35,444 bases of DNA from a virus: the IMG/VR virus record IMGVR_UViG_3300045988_134116; one strand, 5' to 3'. Of this stretch, positions 1 through 7,596 are shown in pieces. Within the stretch, counting starts at the first letter, position 1, and every line of letters begins with the position of its first letter. A program made the translations under genes and the position numbers. The notes under the pieces were generated by a model that was given only the letters and a program-made list of their open reading frames with translations, was not told the origin of the DNA and ran no database searches.

Positions 1-92
1 CATTATTCAATCATTTGCACATTTGCACATTCGCACATTTGCACATTGATTAAGCTCATTAAACTCATAACTCATTAAACTCATAACTCATT
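1..92. repeat. Right half of intercistronic octamer-array element IOE-1 (continues from 35318..35444 across the circular junction), followed by a 2 x 16-nt direct repeat
   Basis: Tandem ATTTGCAC/ATTCGCAC octamers at 12-47. TCATTAAACTCATAAC occurs at 56-71 and 72-87 and ends 5 nt before the ATG at 93. Positions 1-55 are identical to 35390-35444. Confidence 0.85.
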
Positions 93-569
93 ATGGAAAA
101 AACTGGTTATATCAATGGTAGTGACCTCTTGCTCTCATTAGACGGCAAGGCCGTGGGTCACTGTTCAAGCCACAAAGTAACGTACAACTCTGAGACAAAG
201 GAGAGAGCCGTGAAGCCTGTAGCAACGCAAGGCGCGGGTGCAGGACTTTGGAAGGACAAGAGCGTTACAGGACTTTCTATCACAATTAGTGCCGACGGCC
301 TCCGCTTCTACGACGAGACGGAGAGCGGCTTCACCGAGATTTCTGCCTCTTGGGGCGTAGGTAAGGCCGTTGACGTGAAATGCTTCCCACGTGGCGACGG
401 CAAGGCAGGTACGCAAATTCCTTACCTTGAAGGAAAGTTTGTGATCACCTCTATCGAAGAGGACGCTCCAGCGCAGGACGACGCTACGTATAGCGTTAAC
501 CTCGAGAACGCGGGCATGCCTACTAAGTTCCCTGGTATGGAAGCCGCGGCTGCAGCGCAGACTAAATAA
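93..569 (+). CDS. Major tail protein (TP901-1/phi13-like)
   Basis: 158-aa ORF. Across the circular junction it follows the head-tail joining genes. The size and the N-terminal LLLSLDGKAVGHCSSHKVTYNSETKE plus C-terminal ATYSVNLENAG patterns resemble siphovirus major tail proteins. Confidence 0.6.
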   Translation: MEKTGYINGSDLLLSLDGKAVGHCSSHKVTYNSETKERAVKPVATQGAGAGLWKDKSVTGLSITISADGLRFYDETESGFTEISASWGVGKAVDVKCFPRGDGKAGTQIPYLEGKFVITSIEEDAPAQDDATYSVNLENAGMPTKFPGMEAAAAAQTK

Positions 570-758
570 ATGTGCGAATGTGCAAATGTGCAAATGTGCG
601 AATGGTCGCCTTTGTACGCTGAGTAATTAAAGCATCATTCAATCATTCTCACATTTGCACATTCGCACATTGATTAAGCATTTGCACATTGAGTAATTAA
701 AACATCATTCAATCATTCGCACATTTGCACATTTGCACATTTGCACATTAACAACCCC
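570..758. repeat. Intercistronic octamer-array element IOE-2 (forward core, plus a second partial core)
   Basis: The left arm is tandem AATGTGCR octamers starting right after the stop codon. The core is GGTCGCCTTTGTACGCTGAGTAATTAAAGCATCATTCAATCATT. The right arm is YGCACATT octamers running up to the ATG at 759. Confidence 0.9.
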
Positions 759-1220
759 ATGCAACTAAAACGTCTCGTAATCCACTGCACCGCCACTCCT
801 GAGGGCCGCGAGGTGACAGCGGCCGACATACGCCACTGGCACTGCGACCCCGTGAGCAAAGGAGGTCATGGTTGGAAGCAGGTAGGATATACCGACCTCG
901 TCCACCTCGACGGCCGCATAGAACGGCTCGTCAAGAATAATGAAGACTTGATAGTCGACCCTTGGGAGGTGACCAATGGAGCAAGCGGCTACAACTCCAC
1001 ATCGCGCCACATCGTCTACGCGGGCGGCTGCGATAGGCAGATGAGGCCGAAGGACACACGCACCGCTGCACAACGCACCGCCCTTGAGGCCTACGTCAAG
1101 GATTTCCACCGCCGCTTCCCTACGGTTAGCATCGTTGGCCACAATCAGTTGAACCCCAGTAAGGCTTGTCCTTCGTTCGACGTAAAGAAGTGGCTCAACG
1201 AGATTGGAGTAAACTTATAA
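759..1220 (+). CDS. N-acetylmuramoyl-L-alanine amidase (Amidase_2/PGRP-type endolysin)
   Basis: Motifs LVIHCTATPEG, GWKQVGYTDLV, RHIVYAGG and IVGHNQL..KACPSFDV are typical of T7-lysozyme-like amidases. The ATG at 759 is preferred over the TTG at 741, which lies inside the repeat. Confidence 0.85.
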   Translation: MQLKRLVIHCTATPEGREVTAADIRHWHCDPVSKGGHGWKQVGYTDLVHLDGRIERLVKNNEDLIVDPWEVTNGASGYNSTSRHIVYAGGCDRQMRPKDTRTAAQRTALEAYVKDFHRRFPTVSIVGHNQLNPSKACPSFDVKKWLNEIGVNL

Positions 1221-1230
1221 GAAAGGAAGA

Positions 1231-1671
1231 ATGGCGGACACTATCTTACAAATAATCCAATGGGCAATACCTTCGGGGGGCATTGGTGCCGCCATAGCAT
1301 GGTTTGCCAACCGCAGCGCACGCAAGGCCGATACGGCCAAGAGCGTACACGACACGTATAAGCTCATGTATGAAGACGTGAGCCGCGAACTATTAGAAAC
1401 GCAAAAGAAAGTAGATGGAAGTACAAAGAAAATGGACGCACTGGGCGAAGAGAATAAGCGCATACGCTATGCGCTCAACCGCCTTACACGTGCCATTCAA
1501 GCTATTCAGCGTTGCCCTCATAGCAGCAACTGTCCTGTTAGTGACGAGTTGTCGCTCGACGACGAAGGCAACGCGCCAAGTCGCGCAAAGTCAAGACGTA
1601 CTGACTACAGACAGCGTGACACAGCACGAGCGGACGACAACCGCTCTTTGGACGCAACCGATAAGGGCTGA
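1231..1671 (+). CDS. Lysis-cassette membrane protein (holin or i-spanin-like: N-terminal TM plus coiled-coil)
   Basis: 146-aa ORF directly after the endolysin. It has a hydrophobic N-terminus ILQIIQWAIPSGGIGAAIAWFA followed by a charged helical region. Its 3' 203 nt overlap the next gene in another frame. Confidence 0.5.
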   Translation: MADTILQIIQWAIPSGGIGAAIAWFANRSARKADTAKSVHDTYKLMYEDVSRELLETQKKVDGSTKKMDALGEENKRIRYALNRLTRAIQAIQRCPHSSNCPVSDELSLDDEGNAPSRAKSRRTDYRQRDTARADDNRSLDATDKG

Positions 1672-2026
1672 CACTACACGCCTTGAGCTGAGGCTCGACT
1701 CCACCCTCCTCTCCTTACCAGAGGGGGCGAGCTTTACGGCCGCGAGTGGGCGCGCCCACTTGAAGGCGAGCCTAAAGCGCGACGAGAAGGGACGGCCCGC
1801 TTCTATCATCATCGAGGGCGGCTGCGATAGCCTGCAGCGGCTCTGCATATACTATCAGGCTGAGGCCGAACGACTCCAGACGGCCAACACGCAACTACAA
1901 TCCACCGTCAAGACGCTTAGCACCGACCTACACACGCGCGGCCGCACATGGAACGTGTGGGCAGCACTGGCGCTACTGGCCGTGGTTCTCATCTTGATCA
2001 TAGCCAACCGACAAATAAAGGAATAA
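1469..2026 (+). CDS. Lipoprotein with a C-terminal transmembrane anchor (unimolecular-spanin-like)
   Basis: From the ATG at 1469: MRSTALHVPFKLFSVALIAATVLLVTSC is a signal peptide with lipobox VTSC. The C-terminus WNVWAALALLAVVLILIIANRQIKE is a TM helix. The gene overlaps 1231..1671 out of frame. Confidence 0.55.
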   Translation: MRSTALHVPFKLFSVALIAATVLLVTSCRSTTKATRQVAQSQDVLTTDSVTQHERTTTALWTQPIRADTTRLELRLDSTLLSLPEGASFTAASGRAHLKASLKRDEKGRPASIIIEGGCDSLQRLCIYYQAEAERLQTANTQLQSTVKTLSTDLHTRGRTWNVWAALALLAVVLILIIANRQIKE

Positions 2027-2047
2027 TAAAAGTAAGACTCCACCGCT

Positions 2048-2911
2048 ATGGCACAACCAAGCATACATAAAGGAAAGACAGCCAAAGAGCTGCATCTTGA
2101 CTACGAAGGCTTTATTGGTAAATTTAAGCCTAAGAAGACGACAGACGATTGCTACACGCCCACACCCATTTACGAGGCTTTAATCGCTTGGCTACAAGCG
2201 AAAGGGTATATCACCCCCGACACGCCAGTAGTGCGCCCCTTTTGGCCTGAGGGCGATTTTACCGATTTAGAGCAATACCCACCAGGGGCGGTGGTGGTTG
2301 ACAACCCGCCCTTTTCGATAATGCACTCCATTATCCACTTTTACGAACAGCACAATATTACTTTCTTTCTGTTCGCTCCATCGCTGACTGTACTTGGCTA
2401 TATGAGCGACGCGTACGACCTCACGGCAATCATTATCGGCCTCTCTGTGGTTTATGAGAATGGGGCGAAAGTCTCTACCTCATTCGTCAGCAACTTGCCT
2501 TGCCTTGACGGGGTCAAAGTGATGACCGCCCCCGATTTATATCAAATGCTCGATAACGCGCAAAAAGGGAATCGGAAGAAGGTAGAACTCCCCGTCTACG
2601 CCTATCCCGACAACGTCGTTACGGCCGCGCGGCTGCACAAAATAGCCCACAACGTCCCCTTCATTTTGCTAAGTAAAGAAGTGGCCTTCACTCGTGCCCT
2701 TGACGCGCAGCGACCCCTTAAAAAGGCCATTTTCGGAAGTGGACTCTTAGTGTCGGACGATAAGGCCGCAGAGTTAAAGGCCGCAGGGTTGTTAAAGGCC
2801 GCAGGATTAAAGGCCGCAGGATTAAAGGCCGCAGGATTAAAGGCCGCAAGGGAAACGATCGTGTTCCGCTTATCAGAGAGAGAGCGACAAATTATTAACA
2901 ATTTAGAATAG
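2048..2911 (+). CDS. Putative DNA methyltransferase (N6-adenine/N4-cytosine type) with a C-terminal (K/L)AAGL pentapeptide repeat
   Basis: DDCYTPTPIYEAL and VVVDNPPFS (motif IV-like NPPF) lie near the N-terminus. AIFGSGLL is a possible motif I. The C-terminal tail is encoded by a 15-bp tandem repeat. Confidence 0.5.
   Translation: MAQPSIHKGKTAKELHLDYEGFIGKFKPKKTTDDCYTPTPIYEALIAWLQAKGYITPDTPVVRPFWPEGDFTDLEQYPPGAVVVDNPPFSIMHSIIHFYEQHNITFFLFAPSLTVLGYMSDAYDLTAIIIGLSVVYENGAKVSTSFVSNLPCLDGVKVMTAPDLYQMLDNAQKGNRKKVELPVYAYPDNVVTAARLHKIAHNVPFILLSKEVAFTRALDAQRPLKKAIFGSGLLVSDDKAAELKAAGLLKAAGLKAAGLKAAGLKAARETIVFRLSERERQIINNLE
2760..2850 (+). repeat. In-frame 15-bp tandem repeat TTAAAGGCCGCAGGA (about 5-6 units) inside the methyltransferase gene
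   Basis: Perfect units lie at 2792-2806, 2807-2821 and 2822-2836, with degenerate units on both sides. They encode AAELKAAGLLKAAGLKAAGLKAAGLKAA. Confidence 0.9.
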
Positions 2912-2931
2912 ACTAAAAAGAATTCACCACT

Positions 2932-3288
2932 ATGACACCACAAAAGAAAGGCAGCACAATAGCCACCGCACGACGCGAAATGAAGATTATGGGTTTCCCC
3001 TGTCGCCAGACAATGGGGGCATTCTTGCGCTTTAAGCGCGAAACAGGACGTGAGGCTACTGAGATGACGAACGACCTCACCGACTTGCTTACGTTCCTCT
3101 ACTGCTGCACGGCATCAGCGTCAGCGGCTGACGGCATTGAGTTTAACTTCACGCTGGAGGAGTTTGCCGACCTCATCAGTCCCGACGAGCTAAACCAATG
3201 GACGGCCGCTATGCAAGCTGAGGCGGCTGAGGCTGAGGCCACGACCGAAGGCGAAAAAAAAAGCCGTTCCGCATCACTGAGCAATTAG
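2932..3288 (+). CDS. Tail assembly chaperone (gpG-like, zero-frame product)
   Basis: Small acidic ORF two genes upstream of the tape measure gene; a minus-strand moron gene lies between them. An A9 run sits near its 3' end, and the -1 frame stays open into 3306..3602. Confidence 0.65.
   Translation: MTPQKKGSTIATARREMKIMGFPCRQTMGAFLRFKRETGREATEMTNDLTDLLTFLYCCTASASAADGIEFNFTLEEFADLISPDELNQWTAAMQAEAAEAEATTEGEKKSRSASLSN
3254..3262 (+). promoter_or_regulatory. Candidate -1 programmed ribosomal frameshift (or transcriptional slippage) site, A AAA AAA
   Basis: The zero frame reads gaa aaa aaa agc. I read the -1 frame by hand from 3243 to 3602 and found no stop codon. Confidence 0.65.
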
Positions 3289-3602
3289 GCTTTGCACTGG
3301 GAGCGGTGGGGCTTACGCTGCGCGACTGGCAAGGGCTTACGCCTGAGGAGTGGACGGCCGTGGCCGATAGCTACGCTACAAGCCACGAAATGGTCATGCA
3401 CGACGGGTGGGAACGTATGCGTATGCTCGCCACCATTACCATTCAACCACACGTAAAGAACCGCCTAACCCCCGACACGCTATTGCCCTTGCCTTGGGAT
3501 AATGACCAAGCCCATAACACGCAAGCCGCCCACGTGCCACCAGTCGGTAAAGACGAGGCGCGTGAGCGGCTTGTTAGCTTGATGAAGAGGTTGAAGGATT
3601 AA
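3261..3602 (+). CDS. -1 frame extension of the tail assembly chaperone (gpGT-like fusion C-terminal part)
   Basis: This frame is -1 relative to 2932..3288 and is open from the A-run. There is no ATG start (only a GTG at 3306). The position matches the conserved G/GT arrangement upstream of tape measure genes. Confidence 0.6.
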   Translation, partial: KPFRITEQLGFALGAVGLTLRDWQGLTPEEWTAVADSYATSHEMVMHDGWERMRMLATITIQPHVKNRLTPDTLLPLPWDNDQAHNTQAAHVPPVGKDEARERLVSLMKRLKD

Positions 3603-3656
3603 TAACTCAAGCCCGAATTTAACAAGGGCGGGCTGTATTCGAAACATCGCAAAAAA

Positions 3657-3977
3657 TCAACTATCCCAATCTGTATTGTCGTGGGTATGTAGTCTTTCTA
3701 CAAAGGTTTCATCATAGATTGCCAAATATATGGCAGCAATTAGCAAAGCTACAAAAATTGCCGATGCAGAATATATCACCAAGGCATTAACAACTCCAGT
3801 AAATGGTACAATGATACACAACAATACTCCAACGAAAAGTGAAAGGCTAAAGATACACCAAGAAATTTGAATGCCCTTTTCTTTCAAGGTTAGTTCATTC
3901 CACTTCTTCTTTTTAGAGTCTTCGACATCGATACTTAGCTTTATCTTGATCTCTTTCGGTTTTTGTTCGCTTTTCAT
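3657..3977 (-). CDS. Small membrane protein (moron, opposite strand, AT-rich)
   Basis: 106 aa from the ATG at 3977 (MKSEQKPKEIK...) with 2-3 hydrophobic helices (ISWCIFSLSLFVGVLLCIIVPF, VIYSASAIFVALLIAAIYLAI). It is visibly more AT-rich than its neighbours. The longer 190-aa ORF would overlap the tape measure gene. Confidence 0.55.
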   Translation of the reverse strand: MKSEQKPKEIKIKLSIDVEDSKKKKWNELTLKEKGIQISWCIFSLSLFVGVLLCIIVPFTGVVNALVIYSASAIFVALLIAAIYLAIYDETFVERLHTHDNTDWDS

Positions 3978-4050
3978 ATCGCAATAGGTATTAGTCCTTT
4001 GCAAAGGTGTGACTTTATAAAATACCAACCAAGTAAAACTCCATAAATAT

Positions 4051-7000
4051 ATGGCTTCAAAAGAAATAAAATTCAACCTTAGGCTCGCTATTGACGGGAA
4101 GGAGCAACTGGTGAGCGCAGTGACATCGGCAAAAGAACTCAAAGCCTCTTTTAATGGCGTACAGAAAGAAGTTGATGACTTTAGCAACACCTTCACCAAT
4201 AAATTCAGCAAATGTTTTGCCAACGTCAACCAAATAATAGGCGCAGTTAATAGTGTTAGCGCGGCACTTCAAAGCCTCACGGCCGATAGCGACTCTTTTG
4301 CCAAATCAATGGTCGTAGCTAACACTATGGCGGGCAAAGGGGGCAAGGACTTTGCAGCGTTGAAAGATAGCGTGACCGACTTGTCGAAAGAGATTCCACT
4401 CACGCGTGACGAACTTGCGAACGGCCTTTACCAAGTTATCAGCAATGGCGTACCCGAAGACAACTGGATAGATTACCTGCGAGCTTCGGCCAAAGCGAGT
4501 GTGGGCGGTGTGGCCGATTTGGGCGAAGTCGTTAAGGTCACTTCTACGTTAATAAAGAGCTACGGCCTATCGTGGAAAGACGCTACCGCCATTCAAGATA
4601 AGATACAGCTAACGGCAAAGAATGGTGTAACGTCGTTTGAAGAAATGGCGCAAGCCTTGCCTCGTGTGTCGGGTGATGCGGCTACGTTGGGTGTGAGCGT
4701 TGACGAACTTATGGCCACCTTTGCCTCGCTTACAGGCGTTACAGGTGGAACGGCCGAAGTTAGCACACAGTTGGCGGCCGTATTTACGGCCTTGGTTAAG
4801 CCCTCTTCTGAAGCTACGAAAATGGCACAACAAATGGGCATCGAGTTTAACGCTGCTGCCATTAAGAGTGCGGGCGGCTTCCGTCAGTTCCTCACGCAAC
4901 TCGATGCGAGCGTGAAGGGATATGCGCAAAGTTCGGGTATGTTGTCGAAAGAGGTGTATGCAAAACTCTTCGGATCAGCCGAAAGCCTACGCGCCATTGG
5001 GCAACTTACAACTCAGCAAAAGGACAGATTTGCCGAAAACGCTGAGGCTATGAAGGGCAGTGCTGGTACGATGGAGGAATCGTTTAAAATGGTGGACAGT
5101 ACAAGCAGCGCAACTATTCAAAAGATAGAGAACAGTTGGGGCGGATTAACTGACTACATTGCATCGGCCGTTAAGTTTTTAAAGCCAGCGCTTAATTTTG
5201 TGGCTACTATTGGACTTGCTTTAAATGCCTTCCAAACCATAACGCTATCACTCGGAAAGTTTAAAATAGCGGCTTTTGCCGCAGCCGTTAGGATTAAAGC
5301 ACTTGCCGTAGCTCAAACCGTTTGGAAAGTTTCCACTATCGCGTGCGCCACAACTACACGTGTGCTCAGCGGTGCTTTAGTAGCCTTGGGCGTGAGTGCC
5401 AACGTGGCAAAAGGAGCTATTCGTGGATTGTTGGCTTCGACAGGTGTCGGCATTGCCATTGCGGCTTTAGGCTTTGCGGTGGAAAAGGTGATAGGCTACT
5501 TCGACAAGTCGACCGAATCTATTGAAGACAATACTGACGCGCTAAAGGAGAACCGACGTGCCACCACTCAGGCAGAGCGAAACCGCGAGGCGCTGAATAG
5601 CATTCAGAAGACAGCGGCCGACAAGTATGCCGACGAGAAAGCGCGCATCGCGGCACTTACGCAGATTATTCACAACAGCAATGCGGAATACGCGGAGCGC
5701 ATGAGTGCGATTAAGCGACTGCAAAGTATCATTCCTTCCTATCACGCACAAATCAGTAAGGACGGCTCGATATACGAGAAGAATGCGGAAGCGATTGATA
5801 AGTATATTAAGAAGCTGGACGAATTGGCTTGGGCTGAGGCTGCGGCCGACATGGTGAAGGACTTAAACAAGCAAATCATCACGTTCCAACTAAAGGCCGA
5901 CGAGGACCAAGAGCGCATCGACGCTTATCAGGGCAACATCAACGAGCGCAACAAGCAACGACATGGGGGAGCTATCGACCTCACACGCCCCGAAACGTAT
6001 AAGGTGGACGGAACGCCTCTCACGGCTCAACAGATAGGCGAGAACAGACAAATAGATAAGGCCAACGCACGCACCAAGGGATTTCAGAACAACGTAATAA
6101 AAGACCGTGACTACAACCTTGGACGCGCCAACGACTTGACGCAACGAAAGAATGCCGTGTTCGCTATGGCGGGCAAACGTGGCTATACTTCTGCGCTTCA
6201 TAATGCGTTAACGGGTAATGCCGAAACTCTCGAAAGGCCAGCCTACACGCCTCCATCGCACGCCACCACGACCACTCACAAGCCTACTCGCACCCCGACA
6301 CACACCCCCTCCACCCATACCGACAACGCTCCCACCTACGACGAGAAGAGCATTGAATGGTACGACAAGGAGATTAGCAAGCAGAAGGAACTGGCGCAAA
6401 GCACTAACAACCTCGATGCAGCGAAGAAGGCGATGGCTGAGGCTACACGACTGGAGGGAGAGCGCAAGGAGTTGGCCGTGAAGGTGGGAATTGAGAAGCC
6501 TGACGCGCCAGAGGTGAAAACTGCGTTGGAGGCTCTGCAGGACCAACTACGCGCGGCTCAAACGGACTTCGACAATGCCGTGACCGTGGAGGCGAAAGTA
6601 GCTGCCATGACGAAGGTGGACGCGCTACAGGCACAAATTAATGAGGCGACGAATGGGCGACTAACGATTGAAGCGGAGGTAGAACCGCAGTACACGCAGA
6701 CTGGCTCAGTAAGCGATAAGCGCAAGTCGTATGCCAACGCGCAGACGAAGGCCTCACGCGTCAAGAACGACTACGACATTGGCCTCATCAGTAAGGAGGA
6801 GGCTCAACGACAGGTGGACGACATTAACAAGGTGTTGTCGTCGCTGAAGTTGAAACCTATCACCGTGGACTTTGACACGACAAGCGTTGAAAAGGGTACG
6901 GGCAAGATGCGCGAGGGCGCACAGAGCATTCAGCAGTTGGGCAGCAGCATCGCGCAATTAGGCTCACAGGTGCAAGAACCTGTACTCAACATTGCGGGTA

Positions 7001-7464
7001 CGATCGCACAAGCCATTGCTACGATGGTGTTGGGCTACGCTGAGGCTTCGAAAGATGCAAGTAAGCTTACGCCCTTCGGGTGGATAGCCTTTGCCGCTAC
7101 AGGACTTGCTACGTTGCTGACGATGATAGCTTCTATCAAGTCGGCCACGAGCGGCAGCTACGCGCATGGTGGTATCATACCTGGGGGCAGCTATTCGGGC
7201 GATCGATTGACGGCCAATGTCAATTCGGGTGAGATGATTATCAACCGTCGTCAGCAGTTGCAGCTATGGCGCATGGTGCAAGCGCCTTTGGCCTCAGCTC
7301 CGCAGTACACTACTCCTTCAAGCATGGTGCCGAGCCTCAACCTCGCGGCCTTACGCAATAGCTTTGGTGCGCAGCGCGTCGACGTGAATGTGAGTGGACG
7401 CATCAGCGGACGCGACTTGCAACTCATTACCGATAAACGAAACAAAATTACTTCAAGAGCATAA
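4051..7464 (+). CDS. Tail tape measure protein
   Basis: 1137 aa. It has a TP901-type core (ELANGLYQVISNGVPEDNWIDYLRASAKASVGGVADLGEVVKV), central TM-like helices, long coiled-coil segments and a C-terminal GGIIPGGSYSGDRLTANVNSGEMIINRRQ. Confidence 0.9.
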   Translation: MASKEIKFNLRLAIDGKEQLVSAVTSAKELKASFNGVQKEVDDFSNTFTNKFSKCFANVNQIIGAVNSVSAALQSLTADSDSFAKSMVVANTMAGKGGKDFAALKDSVTDLSKEIPLTRDELANGLYQVISNGVPEDNWIDYLRASAKASVGGVADLGEVVKVTSTLIKSYGLSWKDATAIQDKIQLTAKNGVTSFEEMAQALPRVSGDAATLGVSVDELMATFASLTGVTGGTAEVSTQLAAVFTALVKPSSEATKMAQQMGIEFNAAAIKSAGGFRQFLTQLDASVKGYAQSSGMLSKEVYAKLFGSAESLRAIGQLTTQQKDRFAENAEAMKGSAGTMEESFKMVDSTSSATIQKIENSWGGLTDYIASAVKFLKPALNFVATIGLALNAFQTITLSLGKFKIAAFAAAVRIKALAVAQTVWKVSTIACATTTRVLSGALVALGVSANVAKGAIRGLLASTGVGIAIAALGFAVEKVIGYFDKSTESIEDNTDALKENRRATTQAERNREALNSIQKTAADKYADEKARIAALTQIIHNSNAEYAERMSAIKRLQSIIPSYHAQISKDGSIYEKNAEAIDKYIKKLDELAWAEAAADMVKDLNKQIITFQLKADEDQERIDAYQGNINERNKQRHGGAIDLTRPETYKVDGTPLTAQQIGENRQIDKANARTKGFQNNVIKDRDYNLGRANDLTQRKNAVFAMAGKRGYTSALHNALTGNAETLERPAYTPPSHATTTTHKPTRTPTHTPSTHTDNAPTYDEKSIEWYDKEISKQKELAQSTNNLDAAKKAMAEATRLEGERKELAVKVGIEKPDAPEVKTALEALQDQLRAAQTDFDNAVTVEAKVAAMTKVDALQAQINEATNGRLTIEAEVEPQYTQTGSVSDKRKSYANAQTKASRVKNDYDIGLISKEEAQRQVDDINKVLSSLKLKPITVDFDTTSVEKGTGKMREGAQSIQQLGSSIAQLGSQVQEPVLNIAGTIAQAIATMVLGYAEASKDASKLTPFGWIAFAATGLATLLTMIASIKSATSGSYAHGGIIPGGSYSGDRLTANVNSGEMIINRRQQLQLWRMVQAPLASAPQYTTPSSMVPSLNLAALRNSFGAQRVDVNVSGRISGRDLQLITDKRNKITSRA

Positions 7465-7596
7465 CGCCTATGGCGAATGTGCAAATGTGAGAATGTGCAA
7501 ATGTGCAAATGATTGAATGCATTTGTAAATGCGCGTACAAAGGCGACCATTTGCACATTTGCACATTCGCACATTTGCACATTAAAAAAACATACT
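7465..7596. repeat. Intercistronic octamer-array element IOE-3 (reverse core)
   Basis: Left arm GAATGTGCAAATGTGAGAATGTGCAAATGTGCAAATG. The core ATTGAATGCATTTGTAAATGCGCGTACAAAGGCGAC is inverted relative to IOE-2. Right arm CATTTGCACATTTGCACATTCGCACATTTGCACATT. Confidence 0.9.

Noticed and set aside
570-758. Right-arm arrays acting as Bacteroidota sigma-A promoters (TTTG at -33 and TAnnTTTG at -7)
   Set aside because: The units read CACATTTG (C rather than T at the first position of the -7 box). TTTG motifs recur at 8-nt multiples (24 or 32 nt), whereas my recollection of the consensus spacing needs about 27-29 nt start to start. Weak promoter activity cannot be excluded, but the sequence does not support the call.
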